NCBI GenBank assembly: GCA_043228905.1
Contig: JBHGNT010000008.1
Span: forward strand, 682,001 to 746,000
Origin: Azolla caroliniana
Taxonomy: Eukaryota; Plantae; Polypodiophyta
Length of the DNA: 64,000 nucleotides
Direction: 5' to 3'
Within the stretch, counting starts at the first letter, position 1. Every line of letters begins with the position of its first letter. Below are positions 1 through 11,190 of this stretch, in pieces. The translations under genes and the position numbers were made by a program. The notes beneath the pieces were generated by a model. It searched no databases. It saw only the letters and a program-made list of their open reading frames with translations, and was not told the origin of the DNA.

Positions 1-47
1 GTCCCTCCTCCTTTCTGCACGCAAGGGCGTAGCAACCCTCGACATCT

Positions 48-65
48 TGGTGAACCCGACGTGAA
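48..65 (+). promoter_or_regulatory. Primer-binding site complementary to tRNA-Trp 3' end
   Basis: TGGTGAACCCGACGTGAA, whose reverse complement TTCACGTCGGGTTCACCA matches the eukaryotic cytosolic tRNA-Trp(CCA) 3' end as I recall it. It lies 3 nt after the LTR end, and the same 18-mer recurs at 38237-38254. Confidence 0.85.
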
Positions 66-87
66 AGAGGCGGCAGAAGAGCAGGAA

Positions 88-2214
88 ATGAGGGGGTCGG
101 ATCTCGCAGAGGCCATGGCTTCGGCCGTGGATCGGATTGTAAACGCGCGCGAGAGCACCGGTGCCCTCGACAGAGCTATTGAGGCGGTCGTCGGCACGAT
201 CGGCCGGTTCGATGGGAAGGATGCCACGAAGTATTTGGCGTCCTACGGTGCAGAGATGCTGATGCGGGACATTCCGGAAGAAAGGCGTCTTGCCGGATTT
301 CCCCGAGTGGCGATGCCGAGCATCCATACGGAGGTGCTCGAGGTGCGGACGGAGAGCCGTACCTGGGAGGAGTTCGAAGGTCGGCTCCTAGAGAAATACG
401 GGCTGGACGACGCGCTCCGGCTTTCGAAGCGAAGGTTCATGGAATGGGTGGAGTCCCCGGGGAAGGGAAGAAACGCGTCGGCGCTCCTCCGGGAGTTCGA
501 GGAAAACTTTGCGCGCCTTTCGGCGCTTGACCGAACCATCCTGGACACGAGCCGGGTCTTGCTGTTTGTCAAGTCGGTCGACGAGCGGGATCGGGAGCAA
601 GTGGGCTTCTTGCTGGAAACCGAAGACGGGCTCACTACCGACTGGGCGGCTGTCAGGAAGGTCTGTGGCCGTTTCGACAAACGGCGAGAATGGGCGGATA
701 ACGGGGCGACCGGGTCGGGCTCGGTCGCAGGAAGGAAGCTCGAACCAGCGCCACAGGTGCGCAAGGAAGAGACCCGGGAGTGGTTGGAAACCGGTTCGGC
801 TTCGACCGGCGTAGTCAGAGGCTCAACCGGAGGAGCGGCGCTGGAGGAATTGACGAAGGCGATAAAGGACCTCCAAATCGCGCAGGCCCGAAGGGAAGGA
901 GGCGAACCGGCTCGTGACCGACGGCCGGCGGCAGGAAACAGGTGCATGTGGTGCGATGAAGTCGGCCACATTCGGAAGGACTGCGGCGACTTCGCGGAGG
1001 CGCTGAGGAACAGGGTGGTGTACCTGTGGGAAGGACGGGTGCATGCCAGCGACACCCGAAGGGCCCTGAGCCGAAACGACGGAAAAGGCTGTATGAAAAG
1101 GGTGATGGAAGAGGCGGCGGCCCGACACGCGGAAACCGTCCACTACTCGGCGTCGGCCGGCATTCGAGTCGGGGGCGGCGAGGCCCGGAGGGAAAGCAAA
1201 GCCGGATTCTGGCCAACGGTGCTGGAAGGCCTTGCCGATACGAGGATGAAGAGGGAGGAATCGGACCGTGCGGAGAAACGGGTACGGGAGATGACCGGGT
1301 GGAGCGACCCGGTCGAGGAAAGGACGGGCTTCGTGGAAGCTGCTTGCCAGAACTACGAGGCTCTGGTAGAAGAGAAGCGGGTGGGGAGACCCGGGACGAC
1401 CGGGCCCTCACAACGATACGAGACCCGGTCCGGGCCACGACGGGACGAAGCCGGCGGGGCCGGTACGCAAGATAAACCCCAGAAGGGCGGGTACCGTCTG
1501 GGGACGGAGATAGAAAGGACCACGGACTTACGAAAGGTCCTGGAGGAACGGATCCTCGACAGCAAGGTGGAGCTGTCGTTACGAGAGGTGCTGGGAATCG
1601 CCAAGAAGGAGTTCCACGACTCCATCGTGGACTTGGTGAAACGGAAGAGGCTGTCGACGGAGACAGAACCGGAAAGACCGGTGGAAGTGCGGACGACGCA
1701 CCTAGACGACATGGCGCTGGGAGACGAGTGGGCGGAAAGCCACTATTCGAGACCACACTGGGCCCGAGCGACCACGGAAACCCCGGTGAAGGTCGGCGAT
1801 GTCCAGGAACCGGTGATAGCTTTGGTGGACCACGGATCGGAGATCAATTTGATGTCCATGGACTTCTATAAGAAGGGCAAATGGCCGATCAACACCAAGC
1901 ACGGGTGGAAAATAAGGGCAGCAACGCGCGCCACCGAGGAACTGCACGGGGCCTGTCCGAATGTGTGGGTCAAGATTGGCGACGTCGAGATTGACCAACA
2001 CTTCTTCGTGCAGGAGACGTCTTCGCACCCGGTCATTCTGGGAGAACCGTACATTACGGCGGCGCGGATGGAGACCAAAGTGCTGGACAATGGTTCGGCC
2101 TACGCGAGGGTCAAAAGCCAAGACGGGCGCCATTCGGTCCAGTTTCTGACGGTAAGGCCGAACCACGAACGTAACCGTGATTCCCTCGGTTCCGAAAACC
2201 GAGAGGATTTTTAG
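88..2214 (+). CDS. gag: Gag + aspartic protease (ORF1 of gypsy element)
   Basis: ATG at 88 (MRGSDLAEAM) matches the paralog start MKGSELAEAM at 38279. CCHC knuckle CMWCDEVGHIRKDC. Protease motifs ALVDHGSEINLM and VILGEPY. Confidence 0.92.
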   Translation: MRGSDLAEAMASAVDRIVNARESTGALDRAIEAVVGTIGRFDGKDATKYLASYGAEMLMRDIPEERRLAGFPRVAMPSIHTEVLEVRTESRTWEEFEGRLLEKYGLDDALRLSKRRFMEWVESPGKGRNASALLREFEENFARLSALDRTILDTSRVLLFVKSVDERDREQVGFLLETEDGLTTDWAAVRKVCGRFDKRREWADNGATGSGSVAGRKLEPAPQVRKEETREWLETGSASTGVVRGSTGGAALEELTKAIKDLQIAQARREGGEPARDRRPAAGNRCMWCDEVGHIRKDCGDFAEALRNRVVYLWEGRVHASDTRRALSRNDGKGCMKRVMEEAAARHAETVHYSASAGIRVGGGEARRESKAGFWPTVLEGLADTRMKREESDRAEKRVREMTGWSDPVEERTGFVEAACQNYEALVEEKRVGRPGTTGPSQRYETRSGPRRDEAGGAGTQDKPQKGGYRLGTEIERTTDLRKVLEERILDSKVELSLREVLGIAKKEFHDSIVDLVKRKRLSTETEPERPVEVRTTHLDDMALGDEWAESHYSRPHWARATTETPVKVGDVQEPVIALVDHGSEINLMSMDFYKKGKWPINTKHGWKIRAATRATEELHGACPNVWVKIGDVEIDQHFFVQETSSHPVILGEPYITAARMETKVLDNGSAYARVKSQDGRHSVQFLTVRPNHERNRDSLGSENREDF

Positions 2215-5200
2215 AGAGGACTGCCAAGGCGTGGGGCCGCGACAGTCCGGACACCCCGGGAAAACCCCACACCTGTACGATAAAACCGAAGAAATCTTGT
2301 ACCATAGGTAGGGAATTTTTGTTCTCCGACAGCGGAGCGTGCACGACAGTCGGCATCGGCGGCCAAGAGAAGAGAAAGGCGGAGGGGAGACTTCGAGCGT
2401 GCGGAGTTCTCGGCCCTGACGAGGAAATCAACGGAACCGTGGAGGCGGTCTCATTCGACGACCCCTTGGGAATGCTGGGAAAGGTAGTCGAAGAAGGCCT
2501 TAACGAAGACCGGACGATACCGGTGTGTTCCGAGGAGATGTACGAAGTCATCGCGGACTTCGGTCGAGGGCTCGAGTCAGTTCGGACGGCCCACGTGAGC
2601 ACCAAGTACAAGACTGTGGACCGGAAGGTAAGGCCAGTCGCGGCACCCTTACCGGAGGACAGCGCGTCGAGAATCAAAGGGGTTGCATCGGACCCTAGTC
2701 TACGAGATCCGGCCTGCATAGGACACACCTTCACCGACGAGACGCTCCGAGAGCTCAAAATCGGTGGGGGCGGGTTCCTACTGCCGGCGGAGGAAGACCG
2801 GTTTCGGAGAATGCTCGGAAGGCACGGGAAAGCCTTCGCATTCTCGCCGGAGGAAATCGGGTGCGTTGACCCGACGATCGTGGAGCCGATGGTGATATTC
2901 ACGGTACCGCATGTACCATGGAATCTCAAGCCAATCCCGGTTCCGAGAGCTCACATCCCGAAGTTGATGGAGCTGCTGAGGCAGAAAGTTGATATGGGAA
3001 TTCTCGAGCCGTCGAGCGCCCCATATTCGAATCGATGGTTTACCGTACCGAAGAAAAACGGTTCGTTGCGCTTCATCCAGGACCTGCAGCCGGTCAATCG
3101 AGTGACGATTCGGAACGCAGGGATCGGACCGACCATAGACGAGTTCGCGGAGGCCTTCGCCGGAAGGTCAATTTACTCGGTCGGGGATCTATACTCAGGG
3201 TACGACCAGTTCCAGCTAGCCGTGGAGAGCAGAGACATTACGACGATGCGAACTCCCCTCGGCCTAGTTCGGATGTGTACACTGCCGCAAGGAGGGACCA
3301 ACTCGGTGGCCCACATGGTGAATGCGATGAACAAGGTTCTGAGGGACTGTATCCCGGACATCACCATGCCGTTTCTGGACGACATCCCGATCAAGGGATG
3401 CCCGGTGGAAGAAAAGGACGAGACGATTGGCCCGGACGGATGCCGGCGATTCGTGGTAACGCACATCGACGACTGCGAGAAGGTGCTACAAAGGCTAGAG
3501 GACGCGAGGCTCACCTTCTCGGGGGAGAAGTCAGCATTCGGGCAGTCGGAAATCATGGTGGTCGGACATTTATGTGGACCATATGGCCGGAAACCGTCTC
3601 CGGCAAAGATAGAAGCCATCTCCGCGATGAAGCCCGACTGCAGCTCGGTCACGGAAGTACGGAGATTCCTGGGGGCATGCGCGTTCTACCACATATGGAT
3701 CCCGCATTACGCACACGTCGCGGAGCCACTGTACGGGTTGCTGAAAAAGGGGCGAAGGTTCGAATGGCTAGACGAGCACGCGGAATCGGTCCGGAAGCTG
3801 AAAGAGGCTCTTGCAGCGGCACCGGCACTTCGGAAGGCGGTATACGGGAAGGGTACCCCGGTATTCATAACGGTGGATACCAGTCCGACCGGGATCGGAT
3901 GGGTCGTGAACCAGGGAGACGAGGACGGCAATCGGTTTCCGATCCGATTCGGCGCGAAAGTCCTCAGTGAACGGCAGCGAGGATATGCCCAGGTTAAACG
4001 CGAACTCTGGGGTATTGTTTCGGCGGTTAAGACCGACAAAGACTACCTGATAGGGACAGAAGTGATCATCGAGACGGATTGCCTGCCGATTCTCGGTATG
4101 GTTTCCGGATGCGCGACTCCGGACCTGGCGATGCTCAGGTGGATAGCGTACATCAAGTCCCTGGACCCGGAAATACGACACATTTCCGGGAAAGACAACG
4201 CCATGGCCGACATGCTTTCAAGAGCGAGGTTCGACGACGAGGGCGGCATGGTTTCGGAAGACGAAGAAGTCGGCGTGGATTTCTTCGAGGCGGCATACAT
4301 GACGACCGACGGGATGAGCACTCCGGCGCTTAACGAGTTCGACGCGAGCAAGTACGACGGGGAGTGGCTGCAGATCGGCGGGTTTTTGAAGACAATGACG
4401 CCCGATGCGTCGTGGACGAAGGACGAGGCCAACCGGATCCGGAAGAAAGCATATCGATTCTTTCTCCGAGATGGGCATTTGTGGAAGCACCCGAAGAAGA
4501 GGAACGGCGTCCCGCTCCGGGTGGTGGCGATGAAGGAAGAACAGGAGGAGCTACTGGCGGCCTACCACGACAGCCCTTGGGCTGGACACCGTGGAACGTG
4601 GGCGACATTTGAGAAGCTGAAGGGGAAGTACTGGTGGCCGGGATTGTACCGGGACGTGCATCGGTTCGTGTCAACTTGCGAGAGTTGTCAGATGCACTCG
4701 ATAGTCCGACACCGGGACGGGCTTCGCCCTACGTACCCTTTGACTATCCACTTCAAATGGATGGTAGATCTAGTGACGATGCCGATGGGGGTAGGACAGA
4801 TGCGGTATCTGGTCCTAGCGCGGGAAGACCTGACGAACCAGGTGGAAGGCCGAGCCCTTCAGAATAAGACGACCGCGGCCGTGTGTCGGTTCCTGATCGA
4901 AGACGTGATATGCCGGTACGGGTGCGTCGGGAAGATCGTGGCTGACCGAGGGGAGTTGGACACCGAGGAAGCCGCGGAGCTGTTTGATCGGCTGGGAGTC
5001 AAACTCTCGCTCACCACTGCGTACAACCCGGAGGCAAATGGAAAGGTGGAGCGCGGACACGGACCGATCGTTAAAGCGCTGGTTCGGGCATGCGGGGGCC
5101 AAATCGGTAACTGGCCGCGACTTCTACCTTATGCTTTGTGGGCCGACCGGACTACGCACAGTTCGGTAACCGGGTACATGCCGACAGAGCTCATGTTCGG

Positions 5201-5702
5201 CCAGAAGCCGATCATGCCGATGGAACGAACAATCTCCTCATGGGCAACGGTCGACTGGAGGGACGAGATGAGCCGGGAGGACTTGTTGGCAGCGCGTATA
5301 CGACAACTCGAACGGAGACCGGAGGACGTGGAGGCGGCTGCAGAAAGGATCCGAGTGGCGAGGATAAAGAACAAGGCCAGGTTCGACCGAACGCACTGAC
5401 TCCGACCGAAGAAGATCGAACAGGGTGACTGGGTGCTCGTCTACGACAGCAGCCTCGACAACCAGCACCGAGCAACGCGGAAGTTCGCACGGAGATGGTT
5501 CGGGCCGTACACGGTACAGAGCGCCAACGACAACGGGACGTATCATCTGGCGGAACTCGACGGTACGAGAATAGCGATACCCGTGGCCGGGAAGAGGATC
5601 AAAGCTTTCAAGAAGCGGCACGACGACGAACCCGACCCGATTCTCCTGGACAGCAGCGACGACCGATCCGAGGCCGAGGAAGGGCCGGCAGGCGAAGAGT
5701 AA
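2211..5702 (+). CDS. pol: Pol (RT-RNaseH-integrase) in the -1 frame, with one premature TGA at 5397-5399
   Basis: The frame is open from the ORF1 stop region. RT: DLYSGYDQF, LPQG, FLDD. RNase H: DTSPTGIG, RELWG, TDC, ADMLSR. Integrase: HHCC, WMVDL, ADRGE, NGKVERGH. The GPY motif (WFGPY) lies in the same frame after the TGA, and the frame ends at TAA 5700-5702. Confidence 0.93.
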
Positions 5703-5774
5703 AGGCGGGCCGGTTTTCTCCGTGCCAACTTAATTTGGCGCATGCCGGTGGATGCGCGGTTAGGTGGGGGCGGA

Positions 5775-6477
5775 TGTCGTGAAGAAAACCGCCCACAAGG
5801 GGAATCGGAGGAACAAGGCGTGGGGGAAACGGCTCTACACGCACACGCGCGCCAAGAAGTACCTAAGGACGAAGTAGGTACATACGAGGATCCTAGGTGG
5901 GTAGATTCGGTTGGTATGCAGTTAATGCCAAACGGCCTCTTGACGGGATATAAAAGGAAGAGGAAGAATAGAAGTGGGGTATCTCGCGCGGAGAGGACGA
6001 AGTGCTGCCGAACCGATTTGGAAGCTCCTCTCTCACTCCTGCTTTCTCTGTTTTCTGCTCCATCGCGTACCTGTGCAGGTTTCGAGGAGGCTTGCGCTGT
6101 TCCGTGGAACGCCCCGAGTGCGTCCTGCAGCACCTCCGACCTGTTTTCCCCTTCCCGTGCGTCGCGACATACAGGGGTCGGCATCTGTTCGCCGCCCTGT
6201 TCGTTTTCGTTAGTATCTATTTCGTGCCCTACCGTGGGTTGTAACGCTTTAGCCTGTTATTTTCTTGCATTCATAAGTACATATCTTTCGTGGTTGCGTC
6301 CATCTGCGTCGGCGTTTATTTGCGATCTCTGTTTGTTGGGCCGTGTCCCTGTGCAATCTTCGGTTCTGTGTAATCGGGTCTCTCTCCTCTTCTTCTCTCT
6401 CTCTCTCTTGCTCTTCGGTCCAAGACCCCCGTGGTCCCTCCTCCTTTCTGCACGCAAGGGCGTAGCAACCCTCGACA
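5775..6477 (+). repeat. 3' LTR (703 bp) of gypsy element
   Basis: Follows PPT AGGTGGGGGCGGA. TGTCG...CGACA inverted termini, TATAAAAG at about 5948, and its last 44 nt are identical to window bases 1-44. Confidence 0.95.
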
Positions 6478-9400
6478 CCGTGATCAGATTTGTGTAATCT
6501 CCATTCTTCTGCAGCCTTAGATGATAACCATCCAAGAGACTCAACAGAGCAATGATACAAAAGATTAGTAATCACTTGTAACAACAATGTTTGACCCTTT
6601 AAACACCAATCAATCCACGGTTGTTCTCCTGTTTGTAGAGGTAAGGGACCTTGCATCAATGGAATATTTCGTAGTTGTTGCCAAATAAACCCATAATTAG
6701 GCGGGATGTGTAATAATTGTCATGCTTCAACAAACTCCAAAATTCTTTGAGATGGAGCCTCAACTATATCTCCCACCTCTTTGACCCCCAAACGAAACAA
6801 ACAATTAAATTGAGAGCGTAATCTCTCCTTTCCTGGCCAACATAATAACCGAGAAGAAACAAGTAACTCTTTTTGCACAGAATTACGATGCTCTCTACTA
6901 GATGATGGTTTCCATACACATAACAAGAGTGCTTCTTGCCATGAGGTAACCAAGTGTTGAACACATGTAGAGCCCGGAATCCTAAGTGAAATACATCCAT
7001 TTAGTAATTGCCACCATGAAGCCTTAATTGTTGTCCTCCCATGTGTTAAACCCTTGTTCTCAATGAAATATTGAACAATAGATATCTATGGTTGTGAGTT
7101 TGAACACATGTCTTCTAATAATGAAAATCTACGAGCCATCATATGCTTAGATAAATTCAATACTCCAGCTCCCCCCAAGCGCTTAGGAGTTGCTAGATGA
7201 TTCCATGCAACCCAAGTGATTCCCATCTTATCCCTTTTCTTCCACAACAAATATCGAAGAGGTTGCAAAATAGAATGCAAAGCCTTCTTTGTCCACGGTA
7301 GCAATGGCAAGTATTATAATATCATAGGTTCCATAATACATTATACAACCTTCAAACGTACATGAAATGGCCAAGATTGTGATTTCCAATACATGAACTT
7401 ATCCCTCAACTTACTAGACATCCATTCAATCAATTGACCATTTGTAACATTCATTCCTAATGGATAGCCCAAGTGTCAAAAAATAGAGCCTTTCTTCACC
7501 ACGGATCGTTGTCATCCTAAACATTCCAAATCCCTTTCAGTACATGATATTAGACAAGACTTCCTCCAATTAATATGTAATCTTGAAGTCAATGCAAATT
7601 GGTTCCATACAAGCATCCCCTTCTCAAGATTCTCTCGTGAGGCTTGTAGAAACATGAAAGAATCATCGGCCAAAGCTTGTGCAATTAGTTGCCCTCCAAA
7701 CGGAAGGTGTAGACCCACAATATCACCATTTGTCACAAGCATTGATAGCATCACTAACAAGGGATGAGTAACAATAGCAAACAACAACGGGCTAATAGGG
7801 CATCCTTGACAAACAGTTCTTGTAAGGGCAATATCTGATGTAACTCCTCCATTAAGCATGACTCGAGACACCGCATCTTGTCCTAATAAAAATATGAGGT
7901 GAGACATACGAGGTCCAAAGCCCATTGTATGCATTAACCCAGAAACAAAGGACCAATTAACATGATCATAAGCTTTCTCCAAATCTAATTGCACCATAAT
8001 CAAATCTTGATGAGTGTTTCGAGCATAATCCATGGCCATTTGAACATTCAACACATTATGCAATATATTCCTACCTGCAATAAAACCATATTGGGTAGGA
8101 TGTATCAACTTTGGAAAATACTTTTGTAATCTATTTGCCAAGACCTTTGTAAATATCTTATACAACCCCCCCATCAAAGAAATAGGTCTCCATTGATGAA
8201 ATGACTCTGGAGATGCCACCTTTGGAACTAATTTAATTAGACCAACCTTCCAAGCTTGAGGCATATGACCAAAATCCCAAGAATGTTGAAACATCAAAGT
8301 TAAGGGGCCCTTTAAAATGTGTGAATATTGCTTAAAAACTTCATTTGTCAAGTCATCCCAACCAGGGCTCTTACCACTAGGAAGATGCCTTAAAACTGTG
8401 TCCACCTCATCCTCAGTGAAATCCGCATCCAATTCATGACTAATGAGATCATGCACAATACATCCCACCACATCATAAAACTCATGATGTGCTCTACTCG
8501 CCTCATTTGTCATTAACAATTGTGAGCCAATCAACTCCTTGAAGTAATGAACACATATGTCAATTATTTTAGTAGGATCCACTATCCATTCATCACCTTG
8601 CTTCACATGTACCACATTAGATCGAGTATAAGTAGGATGTAACACCTAGAAAAACAAATGGGATTGACATTGATTATCTATGAGCCCATCCCTCAATTGT
8701 CACATCTTCGCATAATGATAACTTTGGCATTGCAACTGAGAAATAATAACATGCAATTGACTTTGGATATCCAAAAGCTCCTCATCTAAAGGTGCACGTA
8801 TCAATAATGCATTACACCTAGAGAGAACTTGTGAGAATTTTAGAAGAAGACCTCTTCTTCGTTGAGCATTAGCTACTCCATACATACGATGAACAATCTT
8901 AATATTTCGTAATGTGATATCCCATGCTTTAACTCCTTTAAGATTCACTTCTTGTGAAAAATTTACCAAAATTTGCTCCATGAGAGAATCAAAGTGAGGT
9001 TGAAGCAAAAGAGAAGAGTTAAAGCGTAATGGAGGCTTTCCAAGTAAGGATTTATACATGTCAATTGCATGACCACAAATCTCCAAACAAATAGGAAAGT
9101 GATCTGAAGTTCCTACATCTTGTAAAACTGCCATACGAAGTGATGTCAGTAAAAACGAATCATTGTGCATCACATACATTCTATCTAACCGACTCCATGT
9201 TTGTCTATGTTGAGCGGATTGGAAAGTAAAACCTGGATAATTCCCATGCAACCATGTCCAAACATCCAACTTCAAAACCTCCATAGCCAATGAATCCCAA
9301 GCAAGTTGCTCAGGATCATCCATGATTGAATGTTCAGACATAGATTGAGATGCATCAACACACATGTTAAAATCACCCATAAGTAATCCTGGATGGCCCA

Positions 9401-11138
9401 CACATAGGGTTTGACGGAGTGAGCCCCATAATGCAATATGTTGAGTGGCTTGGTTAGGGGTATAAATCCCAACCACACACACAACCTCGCCAAAAAAAGT
9501 GATTTCTAGAACCAAAAACCGACCATAAGGATCATTGTGCACCACTTGAGAAAAATACTCATCCCGCACGATTAATACCACACTAGAATAATGATTATTA
9601 AGATGTTCTACATAGAATGATGAATATCCACACAAATGAACTGTGGATCCTGCTAACTCATGACATTAATGCTCAATTGCACATAATATATCCCATTCTT
9701 TACTTAATAAAGTTTGCCATAATATATACTTCTTATGAGGACAACATGCCCCTCTCACATTCCATGTTACCACTTTCATTCAGTCAACAATGTTATGGGT
9801 GCACTTGCTCCTTTAGAGCAACCAATGTCTTGAAACTAGTCAAAGCATGTTCCAATGCTACTTATGGATTTTCATGCACCACATCCTTAGAGTTGTCTAT
9901 CGAACTCTTTTGTTTAGGTTCTCCCGCTTGACGAAAACCTTGAGAATTCAATGAATTTACAACCTGTCCCAATGAATCAAAAATTGAAGGTGAAGGGGTA
10001 ATCCCTTATCCCTAAATTGTCTTTGCTAAGGAACTTTTCGAGGACCCTCCCTAGTTCCTGAATTACTTTTCCAAGTAGTCTCACGAGTAGTGGGCAAACT
10101 ATTACGTTGCATATTCATTAATTTGCCCTTCGACTTGCCCTTAACCTGATGCCAATCCTTTTCAACAATATCATTACTAGTTCTATCCATCGGTTTTTTC
10201 CCCTTATCTATAACCACCAAATTTTGTTTTTCCATATCCATAGATTGAGTTCCCTTATTCTTAGGGCCCAAACCTTGAAGTGAAACCTCTTTATAACTTG
10301 CTCTAGATGATGTTCCTTCATCCATAACAACCACCATATCTGACACACCAACATCTCTCCCAACCCCTTCCTTACCATTCCCTTCATTAGGAACCTCTAT
10401 AGTTGAAGGACAATGACGATGGCATTCCGCCATAAAGTGACCCCATTCACCACATCCAAAACAGTGACATGCAAATGTCTCCCACTTCAATTTAAATAAA
10501 AGTCTTTTCATTCCAGGTGTGTTCATACGCACCCATCTTGGCCTCTTACGACTTGTATCCCATAACACACAAAACTGCACTTATTTGTAACATTTGCATG
10601 TGGAGATACCAACATTTTACCCATTTGACTCATCAACTCTGGTAAAACTGGCCATAAAAAAGCATGCTTACAATCCACTGTTACCCAAACATGGCATTCT
10701 TGTTTCAACAAAGCATGATAGTCCACAACAGGACCAATCGTTTATCAAAAAACATTGGAACTTTAGCCAATAGTGCACTTCGATGTTCTGGTGAACGAAA
10801 CACTACATCATAAAACCCTCGTGGTCCTGCATATATATTTTCAACACAATTTGGTGACACGATTGTATTCAACCATTGTTTAATCCAATTAATGTATGGG
10901 AGTTTCCCAGTAAAAAACAATATAACTACACGATCATAGAATACATCAAAAGATTGCAACACTACCGTAGCATCAACATTCACATCATGTACATCCTCAT
11001 CAATGCATTCTTTCGCTGCATTTTCATTTTCTTCCACAATATCAGAAAATAAGGTATTGGCAATTCCCCATAAAGTATCCCAATTACAATTATCCTTATC
11101 AACCTCATCTACATGTATTACTTCGGCATATGTTGCTT

Positions 11139-11140
<2 letters not shown>
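6478..11140 (-). mobile_element. Degenerate L1-clade LINE (ORF1 + EN-RT ORF2), interrupted at its 3' part by the gypsy element
   Basis: ORF1 fragments at 10026-11100 with zinc knuckle CFGCGEWGHFMAEC and a DUF4283-like segment. Endonuclease 8700-9635 (GDFN, SRLDR, SDHFP). RT 7512-8645 (WRPISL, QYGFIAGR, DLEKAYD, QGCPISP, LADD). Downstream LRYLLW/VAW/GGAGV motifs. Several stops and frameshifts. Confidence 0.92.

Positions 11141-11189
<49 letters not shown>
11138..11189. repeat. (CT)n microsatellite at the junction of two head-to-head LINEs
   Basis: Directly visible CT run. Confidence 0.95.

Positions 11190-11190
<1 letters not shown>

Larger units (their letters stand above)
1..6477 (+). mobile_element. 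Ty3/gypsy LTR retrotransposon, near-intact, non-chromovirus, tRNA-Trp primed (5' LTR mostly outside window)
   Basis: Bases 1-44 are identical to 6434-6477 (LTR end ...CTCGACA). PBS at 48-65, gag-PR ORF, RT-RH-IN ORF, PPT at 5762-5774, 3' LTR 5775-6477 with TGTCG...CGACA termini. Domain order PR-RT-RH-IN, no chromodomain. Confidence 0.97.

Noticed and set aside
243-6497. Many long antisense and overlapping ORFs in the gypsy element and its LTR (e.g. 815-1756, 2111-2929, 5742-6497)
   Set aside because: Expected shadow ORFs of GC-rich coding DNA, with no recognisable motifs.
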